Source of the DNA: the human T2T-CHM13v2.0 reference genome, Homo sapiens
Strand: one strand, 5' to 3'
Assembly (NCBI RefSeq): GCF_009914755.1
Contig: NC_060925.1
Length of the DNA: 64,000 nt
A model generated the notes under the pieces. The model saw only the letters and a program-made list of their open reading frames with translations. It ran no database searches and had not been told where the DNA came from. Shown here in pieces: positions 13,805 to 31,739 of the stretch (the first letter of the stretch is position 1; each line of letters begins with the position of its first letter). Made by a program: the position numbers and the translations under genes.

Positions 13805-13867
13805 AGACCATTGATGCTATGAAGAAACTGCATCAATTAACAGGCAAAATAACCAGCAAATATCATA

Positions 13868-17640
<3,773 letters not shown>

Positions 17641-19246
17641 ACAATGAGAACACATGGACACAGGGTAAGGAACATCACACACCGGGGCTGTTTGCGGGGT
17701 GGGGACCTCGGGGAGGGATAGCATTAGGAGAAATACCTAGTGTAAATGATGAGTTGATGGTTGCAGCAAACCAATATGGCACATGTATAGCTATGTAACA
17801 AACCTGCACATTGTGCACATGTACCCTAGAACTTAAAGTATAATTTTAAAAAAAGACTTCAGTATCTCAAATGGCCACAGTGTCATATATCCTCCAAACA
17901 ACCACACCAGTTTTTCACCAAGAATTCTTAACCAGACTGAACTAGCTAGAATGACACAAATATAATTCAGAATATAAATAGGAACAAAGATCATTGAGAT
18001 TTAGGAGGATGACAAAATCCAAATTAAGAAAAATAAGTATCACAATAAACTGAAACAGGAGCTGAAGGATGAAATAGCTGGTATAAAAAAGAACCTAATG
18101 GGGCGGACAGAGCTGAAAAACAGAATACAAGAATTTTACAATGCAATCACAAGTATTAACAGCAGAATAAACCAAGCTGAGGAAAAAAATCTCAGAACTT
18201 GAAGACTGGTTCTCTGAAATAAGATAGTCAGAGAAAAATAAAGCAAAAAGAATAAAAAGGAATGAACAAAACCTCTAAGAAGTATGAGATTATGTAAAGA
18301 GGCCAAATCTATAAATCCCTGGCATCCCTGAAAGGGAGGGACAGAAAGAAAATAACTTGGGAAACATATTTCAGGTTGTCATCCATGGAAACTTCCCTAA
18401 ACTTGCTAGAAAAGCCAACAGTCAAATTCAGAAAACACAGAAAACTCCTGCAGGATTCTGTGCAAGATCATCCCTAAGACACACAATCATCATATTTTCC
18501 AAGGTCAGAATGAAAGAAAGAATGTTAAATGCAGCTAGAGAGAAAGGGCTTGTTGCCTACAAAGAGAACAACATCAGACCACTCAGATAAAACTCTGCAA
18601 GCTAGAAGAGATTCAGAGCCTATATTCAACATTCTTAAAGAAAAAAATCTTCAACCATGAATTTTATATCCAGCCAAACTAAGCATCCTAAGTAAAGGAG
18701 AAATAAGATCCTTTTTAGATAAGCAAATGTTGAGGGAATTCACTACCACCAGATCTGCCTTAGAACAAATCTTGAAATAAGCACTAAATATAGAAAGGAA
18801 AGACTGCTACCAGTGAATACAAAAACACACTTAAACACAGAGACCAGACCAATGTCACTGTAAAGCAACCACACAAACAAGCCAACAAAATAACCAGCTA
18901 ACAAGCACTATGACAGGATCATCAAATCCACACAAATTCACTTGTACTAACCTTGAATGTAAATGGGCTAAATGCCCCCACTTAAAAGGCACAGAGTGGC
19001 AAGCTGGATTAAAAAAAGCAAGACCCAGTGGTATGCTGTCTTCAAGAAACCCATCTCACATGTAATGACACTCATAGGCTCAAAATAAAGGGATGGAGGA
19101 AAATCTACCAAGCTAATGTAAAACAGAAAAAAAAGCAGGAGCTGCAATCCAAATTTCAGACAAAATAGATTACAAACCAACAAAGATAAAAAAAGACAAA
19201 GAAGGGCATTACATAATGGTAAAGAATTCAATTCAACAAGAATACC

Positions 19247-19498
19247 ATGTGGTGGCTCACGCCTGTAATCCCAGCACTTTGGGAGGTTGAGGCAGGTGGA
19301 TCATGAGTTCAGGAGATCGAGACCCTCCTGGCTAACATGGTGAAACCCCATCTCTACTACAAATACAAAAAATTAGCCGGGTGTGGTGGCTGGCGCCTGT
19401 AGTCCCAGCTACTCGGGAGGCTGAGGTGGGAGAATGGCATGAACCTGGGAGGCGGAGCTTCCTGGGTGACAGAGCGAGACTCCGTCTCCAAAAAAAAA
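19247..19498 (+). mobile_element. AluY with a 33-bp internal deletion
   Basis: 'gagatcgagacc...ggctaacatgg', 'agaatggcatgaacc'; TSD aagaatacc (19238-19246 / 19499-19507). Confidence 0.92.
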
Positions 19499-20262
19499 AA
19501 GAATACCTAACTATCCTAAATATATATGCGCCCAACACAGGAGCACCCAGGTTCATAAAGCCAGTTCTTAGAGACCTACAAAGAGACATAGACTCTCACA
19601 CAATAATAGTGGGAGATGTCAACACTTCACTGACAGTATTAAATCATCAAGGCAGAAAATAAACAAAGATATTTAGAGCCTAAACTCAACATTGGACCAA
19701 ATGGGTCTAATAGACCTTTACAGAACTCTCCACCCAAAAAAAACAAAATATGCATTCTTCTCATCACCACATGGCACATACTCTAAAATCAATCACATAT
19801 TTGAACATAAAACAATTCTCAAAAAATATAAAAGAATCCAAATCATACCAAACACACTCTCAGACCACAGTTTAATAAAAATAGAAGTCAAGACTATGAA
19901 AATAACTCAATGTCATGCATTTACATGGAAATTAAATGACATGCTCCTGAATGACTTTTGGATAAATAATGAAATTAAGGCAGAAATCAAGAAGTTCTTT
20001 GAAAATAATGAGAACAAAGATACAACATACCAGATTCTCTGGGACATAGATAAAGTAGTGGTAAGAGGAAAATTCATAGCACTAAATGCCCACATCAAAA
20101 AGTTAGAAAGATTTTGAGTTAATAAGCTAACTTTACAACTGAAGGAATTAGAGAAGCAAGAACAAATCAACCCCAAAGCTAGTAGAAGCCAAGAAATAAC
20201 AAAAATCAGAGTTGAACTGAAGGAAATCGAGACACAGAAAACCATTCAAAAGATCAATGAAT

Positions 20263-21091
20263 ATGCGGTGTTTGGTTTTTTGTTCTTGCAATAGTTTACT
20301 GAGAATGATGATTTCCAATTTCATCCATGTCCCTACAAAGGACATGAACTCATCATTTTCTATGGCTGCATAGTATTCCATGGTGTATATGTGCCACATT
20401 TTCTTAATCCAGTCTATCATTGTTGGACATTTGGGTTGGTTCCAAGTCTTTGCTATTGTGAATAATGCCACAATAAACATACGTGTGCATGTGTCTTTAT
20501 AGCAGCATGATTTATAGTCATTTGGGTATATACCCAGTAATGGGATGGCTGGGTCAAATGGTATTTCTAATTCTAGATCCCTGAGGAATCGCCACACTGA
20601 CTTCCACAATGGTTGAACTAGTTTACAGTCCCACCAACAGTGTAAAAGTGTTCCTATTTCTCCACATCCTCTCCAGCACCTGTTGTTTCCTGACTTTTTA
20701 ATGATTGCCATTCTAACTGGTGTGAGATGGTATCTCATTGTGGTTTTGATTTGCATTTCTCTGATGGCCAGTGATGATGAGCATTTTTTCATGTGTTTTT
20801 TGGCTGCATAAATGTCTTCTTTTGAGAAGTGTCTGTTCATGACCAAACACCGCATATTCTCACTCATAGGTGGGAATTGAACAATGAGATCACATGGACA
20901 CAGGAAGGGGAATATCAAACTCTGGGGACTGTGGTGGGGTGGGGGGAGGGGGGAGGGATAGCACTGGGAGATATACCTAATGCTAGATGATGAGTTAGTG
21001 GGTGCAGCGCACCAGCATGGCACATGTATACATATGTAACTAACCTGCACAATGTGCACATGTACCCTAAAACTTAAAGTATAACAAAAAA
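20263..21091 (+). mobile_element. 5'-inverted (twin-primed) L1PA2 nested in L1PA16 ORF2
   Basis: Inverted part 20263-20841; sense 3' end 20842 to polyA; perfect 15-bp TSD aaaagatcaatgaat (20248-20262 / 21092-21106); L1PA2-type 3'UTR 'gagatcacatgg...gagttagtg'. Confidence 0.93.
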
Positions 21092-23294
21092 AAAAGATCA
21101 ATGAATCCAGTTTTTTTTTAAATAATAAAATAGATTGGCCACTAGCTAGACTAGTAAAGAAGAAAAGAGAGAAGATCCAAATCAACACAATAAGAAATGA
21201 CTAAGGGAATGTTACTACTGACCCCACAAAAATAAAAACAATCATCAGAAACTACTATAAACACCTCCACACACACAAACTAGAAAACCTAGAAGAGATG
21301 AATAAATTACTGGACACATACACCCTCCCAAGACTGAGCCAGGAAGAAATTAATTTTCTGAACAGATCAATAATGAGCTCTGGAATTGAATCAGTAATAA
21401 ATAGCCTACCAATGAAAAAAAGCCCAAGATCTGATGGATTCACAGTCTTAATTCTACCAGATGTACAAAGACAAGTTGATAAGGTTCCTACAGAAACTAT
21501 TTCAAAAAGTTATGGAGGAGAGACTCCTTCCCAACTCATTCTATGAGGCCAGTCATCTTCATACCATAACCTGGCAGAAATACACACACAGGAATAAAAC
21601 TTTAGGCCGATATCCTTCACAAATATGCGTGCAAAAGTCTTCAACAAAATACTTGTAAACTGAATCTTCAGTATATCAAAAACCTTATCCATCATGATCA
21701 AGTAGGCTTCATCCTCAAAATGCAAGATTGGTTCCACATATGCAAATCAATAAATGTGATTTATAACATAAACTAAAGATAAAAACCACTATTATCTCAA
21801 TAGATGCAGAAAAGGCTTTTGATAAAATTCAACATCTCTCCATGTTAAAAACTCTCCATGAACTAGGCACTGAAGGAACATAACTCAACATGATAAGAAC
21901 CATTTATGATAAACCCATAGGCTGTACTGAATGGGCAAAAGCCAGAACCATTCTTTTTGAAAGCTGAAAAAGAGAAGGAAGCCCTCTCTCACCACTTCTA
22001 TTCAGCATAGTATTGGAAGTCCTAGCCAGAGCAATCAGGAAAGAGAAATAAATAAAAGGGGAATAGAAAGAGAGGAAGTCAAACTATCTCTGTTTGCAGA
22101 TGACATGATCCTACATTGAGAAAATCCCACAGTCACAACCCAAAAGCTCCTCCAGCTGATAAGCAACTTCAGTGAGGTTGCAGAACACAAAATAATTGTA
22201 CAAATATCACTAGCATTTCTATACACCAATGACAGCCAAACTGAGAGCCAAATCAGAAAGGCAATCCCATTCACAATCGCCATAAGAAGAATAAAATACC
22301 TAGGAATAGAGCTAACCAGGGAAATGAAAGATCTCTACAATAAGAATTACAAAACACTGCACAAAGAAATCAGAGAAGACACAAACAAATGGAAAAACAT
22401 GCCATGCTCACGGATCAAAAGAATCAATATCATTAAAATGGCTATACTGCCCAAATCAATTTACAGATTCAATGTTATTCCTATCAAACTACTAAAGAAA
22501 TTCTTTACAGAAATAGAAAAACTACCTTAAAATTCATATGGAACCAAAAAAGAGCCCAAATAGCCAAGGCGATTCTAAGCAAAAAGAACAAAGCTGGAGG
22601 CATCACATTACCCAACTTCAAACTATACTACAAGGCTACAGTTACCAAAACAGCATGTCACTGGTACAAAAACAGGCACAGAGACCAATGCAACATAATA
22701 GAGAGCTCAGAAATAAAGCCATACATCTACAATCATCTGACATTTGACAAAGCTGACAACAACAAGCAATGGGAAAAAGACTCCCTATTCAATAAATGGT
22801 TCTGGAATAACTGATTAGCCATATGCAGAAGATTGAAGCTGGACCCCTTCCTTATACTGTACCCAGAAATCAACTCAAGATAGATTAAAAACTTAAATGC
22901 AAAACCCAAAACTATAAAAACCCTGGAGGACAACTTGGCAATACCATCCTGGACATAGGAACAGGCAAAGATTTCATGACAAAGACACCAAAAGTAGCAG
23001 CAACAAAAGCAAAAATTGACAAGTGGGATCTAATTAAACTTATGAGCTTCTGCAAAACAAAAAAAACTTATCAACAGAGTAAACTAACAACCCACAGAAT
23101 GGGAGAAAATATTTGCAAACTATGCTTCTGATAAAAGTCTAATATCCAGCATCTATAAAGATCTTAAACAAATTTACAAGAGAAAAACAACCTCATTAAA
23201 AAGTGGGCAAAGGACATGAACAGACACTTCTCAAAAGAAGACATACATGCAACCGACAGCATATGAAAAAAAGTTCAATATCATTGATCATTAG

Positions 23295-23678
<384 letters not shown>

Positions 23679-24201
23679 AGAATGGATATTATCTTTAAAA
23701 GGTAAAAATAACAGATGCTGACGAGGTTACGGAGAAAGGGGAAGACTTATACACTGTTGGTGGGAGTGTAAATTAGTTCAACCACTATGGAAAGCAATTT
23801 CTCAAAGAGCTAAAAGCAGAGCTACCATTTGACTCAGCAATCCCATTACTGTGTATATACCCAAAGGAATATAAATTATTCTACCATAAAGACACATGCA
23901 AGTGAATGTTCATTGCAGTACTATTCACAGCAGCAAAGACATGGAATCAACCTAAATGCCCATCAATGACAGATTGGATAAAGAAAATGTGGTCTTTTGT
24001 GGGAAAACGGATGGAGCTGAAGGCTATTATCCTTAGCAAACTAACACAGGAACAGAAAAGCAAATATTGCATACTTTTACTTACAAATGAGAGCTAAATG
24101 ATAAGAATTTATAAACACAAAGAAGGAAACAACAGACACTGGGGTCAACTCGAGCAGGAAGGGTGAGAGGAAGGAGAGGAGCAGAAGAGATAACTATTGG
24201 G

Positions 24202-24570
<369 letters not shown>

Positions 24571-25423
24571 CTATTGGGTACTGGGCTTAATACCTGGGTA
24601 ATGAAATAATATGTACAATAACCCCCCATGATATGTGTTTACCTATGTAACAAATCTTCACATGTACCCTCAAACCTAAAATAAAAATCTAAAAAATGAA
24701 CAAAAAAAAGAAGAAAAAAAGATGACGTTTTAGACATGAGTAATTTATTTGACCTCAATAAGGAAGAAATGAATATATAAATTTCTATAAAATCAGGTTG
24801 CTACCAAGTATTGCCAATGGAAGAGGTATGAGCAAATATTAAACTATTTTAAAGTTGTTGCATGCTCAGCATCCCATTTTTCTATGATTCTTCTACTTCT
24901 AGATCATCACCTTGATGGGTGGACTCCCACCCATATCAAGAAGGGCTACCTAACACAAATGATAACAGTGTAGGTTTCTTCAGTGCTTGTTCCCTTCTGC
25001 TCATCCTGGGTTTCTTTCGTGCATTACCCAGAAGCTCTCCCATACTTTCTCAGCAGGTCACTCTTCAACTCTGGTGATCTATCGCCCCAGGGCTACATAC
25101 CAAGGAAAAATATCTGGGCTCTGCGTTCTGCCCTTTTCTTATATCCTAGAAAAACAGACCTGTGTAATGAGATTGTTAGTGAATTAGGAAGAAACTCTAA
25201 GTAATAACTTAGAGAAGGGAAGTTTAGTATTTAAGCTTTAATAATTAGAAACAGCTTCATGAACAGGTGTACCAAAAAAATTTCCTGGAACATAATCAAT
25301 CAGGTCTGTTACTCTGGTGCTTTAGGGTTCTCTTATTGTGGGTAGGCTAGGTCATAATTTATGGAGGCAACCAGCTAAGAAAGAGGCAAGAATGCCATCG
25401 GAGTATGTACCAAAAAACTTATG

Positions 25424-25456
25424 ACACACACACACACACACACAGAGAGAGAGAGA
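25424..25456. repeat. Compound (CA)n(GA)n microsatellite
   Basis: Seen directly. Confidence 0.95.
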
Positions 25457-25659
25457 TACACTGCATTTACATTACCACAGTGGCCAAACTAATACGATGG
25501 ATAGCAATATAATCCTGCTTATTTGTAGAACACTTCCACCCATTTGAGGCATCATTGCTACCCAGGAACTTAATAGACACATGGGTATGCGGTAGTAAAT
25601 ATGAATGACCTTTATTTTTTTACGGACTCAGATACCAGCTGGTCCCAGTGAAAAGCTCA

Positions 25660-25880
25660 ATAATAAAATAATAACATTCACTGAATGATACTACTTTACA
25701 TAAAATGAAATACTTTACACATATTTTCCTTAATGTAGATACCTGTTTTATCTCCATTTACAGATAAGGAAATGGAATATGAGCAATGTTAACAAGTATA
25801 TACAGCTAGTTACATCTAGGATAATGTAGATTTGTCTACTTTGGAGCTCAGGCTTTTAATCACTGCACTATATTATTTTA
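25660..25880 (-). mobile_element. MIR
   Basis: 'ctccatttacagataaggaaat...ggcttttaatcactgcacta'. Confidence 0.75.
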
Positions 25881-26089
25881 CCAATAAAAACCTAAGAATT
25901 AATATTAAAGCTGTACATAGCACAGGACTCATCTAAATATCCTTCCTAATTTTCAAGCATCAAACTGACCCCTTCTAGCTCACTGCCAAGTTGTGATACT
26001 TTTTTATTTTCATTACACCCCAACATCTGATAACATAATGAGAAAAATTAGAACTTATCCATGGCACTCTCCTTACTTTACCCAGATAC

Positions 26090-26250
26090 AGGTATAATAA
26101 GTCTTCCATGTTGATTCTGAAGCCAGACCGTCTGAATTTGATTCCTGATTTGCTACTTATTGTGTGACTTTAGGCAGATTGCACGACCTCTCTGTGTTTC
26201 AATCTCTCCCCATCTATGAAATGAGATTAATAATAGCACCTACTCACAAA
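26090..26250 (+). mobile_element. MIR
   Basis: 'tgtgtgactttaggcag...catctatgaaatgagattaataatagcacctac'. Confidence 0.8.
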
Positions 26251-27899
26251 GGCCCAAATCAATGTCCACTCAAGAGCAGCAGTTGCAAGCATTACTTATC
26301 TGTCCTGATCTGAGAAGTATGACATGAGATAAACACACTGGCCTTTTCAGACACAATCAAGTTCATCAGCCCCTGAGGGCATCATCTCAGAAACTGCTTC
26401 TTACTCACTCCACAACGCTCTTTTGTGACTGCCCTTTTTCTTCAAATATATGCCTTTCTAACTTTATTATATCAAGATTAAAATGTCAGTTGAGGGGAGA
26501 GTTCTACATACTACATTTAGTCAAAGCCTTTACTGCCCTAAGAGTGACTTTGAGCCCAAATAACACTGAAAAATTGTGATCTGGGTTTTCTGATCAATAC
26601 TCCCTTGCCTGGCATACTTTCTCCTGGGATTTTTATATCTTTGCCTTCAAGTCCTACCAGCATGTAGCATGCTGTTAATAGTCAGGACATAAATACATCA
26701 TTACTGGACAGACAACTGTTCAGAAAAGCAAAAGGAACGATAAGTAAATATTGTCCAGGGAGAGATGTTTGCATGAAAGCCGAATTTAAATTTTCCCTTC
26801 TGGGATAAGTAAAGCCGAGCTTTGGTCTGTGAGTGTGGCTGGGAGTGTGAGCTGGGAAGGAGTGGTCTGGTCTTGGCGCTCCCCTGGACTAGATGTGTGG
26901 CCTTGGCTGTTTTAGTGGCCCCACAGCTCAATTTCCTAATCAGCAAATGAGGATAGAATATCATCTTTCACTCCCAGGAGCTGTGACAGTGAATTAAGGC
27001 AAAAGCAGAGTCTTTGGGGTCCCTTAGTAAGAAAGAAGAGCTGAGCGAGTTGAAGGTTCAGCCACACAAGCTGGGTAGCTGAAGCATTTACATCATTATA
27101 TGCTCAAACAACAATTTCTGAGACTTGATTTCAAGTAAATATTTTTCGAGAACCTAGACTCACCCACTAGAATGTTTTTGAGCTGTAGAACACCAAGGAA
27201 TTTGGCTGTAAAGCTTTTATTTTGGCCTTTGCTTAGCTTTGAGCACAGGATTATATGTAGACCTGCTGTTTTATTTTCATGGTTAGAGTTTAGAGTCTAG
27301 GCGTCTGAACAAGTTATATCTTTCCTGGGGTTTAAAAGTCTGAAAAACAAAATAAAGTCTCTCCTTGCCTTTTTTCTTAGTCTGGATTTAAACAACACCA
27401 CCACAAAAAGCAAGGGGAGACTTAGATCTTAAATTATATGGTAAATATAGGCACTTTACATTATATAATTGGCCATTTCTTTACCTTGCTTTGGCTGCAT
27501 GCTCAGGCATATTTTGTATTGAATATTTTAGAAATTCTTTGGCAGTATTGTTCCCATTGCCGCATATTCCATGGAGGCCCTTTGAGACTGAGATTCCTCT
27601 GAGATTTCACCAGTCAGGGCCTGAGCTATACATAGTTGGCTTCCTTCGTACTTTATCTGGGGTTATCATTCCATCCCATCCACTATTAACAGCTTAAATC
27701 CAAAATGTAGAATGCCTTTTGGGGATTTTAATGCATTCTTAAATGGTTCTTTCCCCATACTATTTCACCTCTTCTTTCTCCATACTATTTCCCTCTGTCT
27801 AATCCTTCCTGAACTTCTCATTCTGTCTTTTCTTCTCCTCTCTCTCTAAGGTCACCAGACATAGAACTCCAAGCTTATTCTCTTTAAGTATATCATTTG

Positions 27900-28270
27900 C
27901 TTATTGGAAAGAATGTTGGACATAGAGAGTTAAAAGATAAGTTCCAAAACCAGTTTTACCATATACTGGCAACATGACCTTAAGCAAGACACTTTATTTC
28001 TTTAGGATCTAACTCCCACACCTGCAGAATGGGGATAAAATAATGCAACAGTTTTACTGTGATCGGCTTCTAAGATAATATATGCAAAATCATCTTGATT
28101 CCATATTAACCAGACACTTGAATAAATCTCAAACTTGCAAAGTCTCAGAATCCTTGTTTGTAAAATGAAAATAACTGTAGCTACCCTGCCTTCTTCATGA
28201 TTAATTATGGAGATGATGAGATAAGATGTGTTAAAGAAGTTTGCAAATTGGAAATCACTGAATAATGTAA
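27900..28270 (+). mobile_element. Two adjacent MIR fragments
   Basis: 'tgaccttaagcaagacac...cctgcagaatggggataa' and 'ttgtaaaatgaaaata...ctaccctgcc'. Confidence 0.65.
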
Positions 28271-29025
28271 AATGTCACTTTCCCATTGCTGCTTCTTCTC
28301 TGGGCAGAGGATGATGGCTGGGGCTCGGCATATGTGTTGCCACTGGAGGATGGAATCAGATGTCAGTACTGCCCACTTGTTCTGTTTTTTTTCTCCCTCA
28401 GGATGGAATGCTATGTTGAAAGACTCCCCTTTTGGTCTGACATGATTTCTTTCTGTACTGCAAGCTGTTCCCCAGAATGAAAAATGACAATGCCATGTCT
28501 TCGATGAGGCAGAACACTAACACTCTAACACTAAATTGTGTCATCGCCTCTCTCAGGCAGTAAAGTAGCATGTGGTGGGCCCAGGATCCCAGTTAGGGAA
28601 GGGCCACCCTGGTGAGCTGAACTGATCCAGCCTGTTGAATCCATTGCTCAGATCCCTTGGCAGCCATTTAATATTATTATTTTCTCTCCTTTTCTTGGAA
28701 TTATGCTTCCTCCTGTCTGCATATGAAGCATGAGTGAATTGGGAGAAAGCTGGGAAGACAAAGGGCTCAAAGACAAAAGCAAAATATAATAATGATAACA
28801 ACTCACATTGGTAGAGTAATTTGCAGTTTATAAAACCCTTTATATTGTTATGTATAATACTTATTTGCTGCATAAACTCACACAAATTAACATCCTAAGG
28901 CTCAGTCCCTCATCTATAAAATGGTGAACAATCATAAAACCTTACTTCACAAAGTTGTGAGTATTGAAAAATAATGTACGTAAATAGATCAAAAGTATGT
29001 TTGACAACAAATAAAGGAATTGTCC

Positions 29026-29238
29026 TTTATTTATTTAGGAGATGAGGTCTCACCCTGTCATCCAGTCTACTAAGATGAAATCTCACCAAACCTAATGTAA
29101 TCAGAGGAGAAACTTTCCCATTATCTTTGCCATTTTTTTATTGGCTATAAGCAATGTATATTCTGTCTGTATTCAAAGGAATAGGATTATATAAGATCAT
29201 GACTCATTGGGGGGTCACCTTAGGGTATATTCACCACA
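29026..29238 (-). mobile_element. About 40-bp Alu 3' stub fused to an MLT1F-like LTR fragment
   Basis: 'tttatttatttaggagatgaggtctcaccctgtcatccag', then '...tcattggggggtcaccttagggtatattcaccaca'. Confidence 0.65.
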
Positions 29239-30042
29239 GGAAAGAAAGATAGGTGAGGATATATGTCATTCATTTGGCACAAACAGTTGCTGGGAAGATT
29301 ATTTATTTTTTTCAAAAAACTGTTCTTCTGATGAGCAACTCATGATAGCCACTGTAGGCAGCCCCACTCTTCCAGTTGCACAGTTATTAAGGTGAAGAAA
29401 AAGCACTTTCTTTTTGACCTAATGACCCCTGGTGACATTGCCTTTATTATACTGGAGCATGCTTTTTTAATATCCATGTCAAGGAATTGTCCTAACAATG
29501 AGTTTCAGAGGACACCTATCTTCTAGAATGTAATTCTGTTCAGTTGCAAATTTGTAATACAACATAACCAATTCTGAAGGAGCAGTGCTACTTGAGACAC
29601 AGTGGGTGTAGAGAGACTCCATAGAGTATGAAATAAAGATGAGAAATCGAGGAGTCCTGCTGAGACTATGTAGCTAGCTACCTGTGTAGTCTTAACCAAC
29701 CCATCACCTGACTACAGCTCAGTGTTGCATCCATAAGATGATGCCCTAGAAGTACATCGCTTGTTTTCCAATGATGCTTTCCAAACTACAAAGTGTTACA
29801 GAGGTGTTTTAGGATTTCAGCAAACAAAAAGATGTTTTCTACCAAACAATAAGATTTCTGTTTCCTGAGGGACCCATTGATTTATCACTTTTATTTATCT
29901 CTTCAACATTTCAGAATGTCTGTATAAGAATTCTGTGGAAAACGGTTCAGTTCTTTTCAATTCTTCAAAATGAGTGTGAAAAAGTTGAAGCTAATTAATC
30001 TGCAAGGCCTCGATCTTCTTTGGACCTTCTTTGGATCCATGA

Positions 30043-30200
30043 GAGGCAATGTGCTGCAGATATTTAAAACTAGGGCTCTGGAGTCAGAATGTTCTTGGGT
30101 TGAATTCTGTCTCCACTACTATGTAAACTTGAACAAGAAACTTAATTTTCCCAAGACTCATTTCCTCATGAAAGTAGTAAGAGAATCCCCCACATAGGGT
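30043..30200 (+). mobile_element. MIR
   Basis: 'gggctctggagtcagaatg...gggttgaattctgtctccactac...cttgaacaag'. Confidence 0.8.
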
Positions 30201-30529
30201 GAAGGTAAAGAGGCATCCTGAGCATTAAGGTTAATCTGTCTGAGACTTACTCCCCAAGGCCCGACTCCTTGAAAAGTTCAATGGAACCCAGCAACATACA
30301 GTCAAATCGCTAAGGTGATCAATCCTGGCAGAACATTGAGGGGGCAAATCAAGTTCCAGACTGCTAAGAGATAAAAGCTGCAGCCCTAAGTCCTTGATCT
30401 CAGTCCTCATGATGCCATGGACAGGGGCTTGAGCTTCTACATCCATGAATGCTGAGGTGATAAATGATGCCACCTACACACCAAGTCATACAGTTGCAGT
30501 TAAACAGTTTGGATTCCTTATGACATTAG

Positions 30530-30750
30530 GGAAGGGCTTCTCAACTTCACACTACTGACATCTTGAACTGGACAATTCTTTGTTGTGGGGGGTTTCCCTG
30601 TGCATTATAAGATGTTTAGCAACATTTCTGACCTCTAACTACTAGATGCCGGTTGCAACCATCTCTCCCTAGCAGGACAATCAAAAATGTCTCAAGATGT
30701 AGCCAAAAGTCCTCCCAGGACTCAAAATCACCCTTGGTTAAAAATCACTG
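30530..30750 (-). mobile_element. MER20 hAT-Charlie element
   Basis: 'ggacaattctttgttgtgggg...cctgtgcattataagatgtttagcaac...aaaaatgtctc...aaaatcactg'. Confidence 0.9.
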
Positions 30751-30915
30751 CATGAGGTGAACTCCAAACCAAAAGTTCTGAGCTGATGGATTAAGGCTGC
30801 GGCCAAGTGCTGCACAAAATGCTGCTCTTGGGTTCCCAACTCTGATCATACCAGGAGACAGGCTGTGCTTCCCCAGTCACACAGTTTAAAAGCCCCACAA
30901 CCAAGTCAAAGATTC

Positions 30916-31380
30916 TGTGGTAGGCAGGACAATGGTCCCCCAAATATATCAGTGCCTATGTTACCTTGTAAGGAAGATGGGTCTTTACAAATCTGATTAA
31001 ATTAAATTAATGAATTTTGAGATGAGAGACTTTTCTTAGATTATCTGGGTGAGACCTAAATGGAAACACACCTGTCTTTATAGAACAAGTGTAGAAGGAG
31101 ATTTGAGAGGAAAAGACACACAGAGAAGGAGAAGGCAGTGTGACCATGGAGACAGAGATTGGAGTGATGCAGCCAGAAATTGAGGAATCTGGGCAGCCAC
31201 CAGAGGCTGGAGGAGGCAGGGAACAAATTCTCCCTACAGCCTCTGGACAGGGTGCTGCCCTACTGACAACACAATTTTGGCCAGTGATACTGATTTCAGA
31301 TGCCTGGTCTCCAGAATTATTGTTTGAAGCCACCATATGTTTGTGGTAATTTGTTATAGTAGCCACAGGAACTTCATTCA
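30916..31380 (+). mobile_element. MLT1C/D MaLR solo LTR
   Basis: TG...CA termini; 5-bp TSD gattc/gatac; 'gagattggagtgatgcagcc'. Confidence 0.9.
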
Positions 31381-31739
31381 GATACTTTTCCCATATCTGA
31401 CTCTGGTCCTGCTATATCTTTGTATGCCATTCTGCTCCTGTCTCTGTGATTTTCATAGTAAATTCAGCCCCAGTGTGTATGCTGTCTGGCTATTCACCTT
31501 GGTTTGCGTGACACGTTCATGAACAAATACTCTTAAATTAAATATCTATTATATGTCAGGCAATGTTCAAGGCCCTCAGGACACAGTGACGAATGCAAGT
31601 TGCCTTATTTCAGGCTGGGGTTGAAAGTTGTAGGAAGGAAGAAGGAGGAAGAATAATGAAAATGAATAAGCACAATAATAAATAAACAAATAAAGAAATA
31701 ATAAACAAAGAAAATGAATAAACACAACTAAGTAAATAA

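Noticed and set aside
28402-28559. Strong + strand acceptor (ttttttttctccctcag|g)
   Set aside because: No good matching donor and no recognisable peptide; such sites are expected by chance in 64 kb
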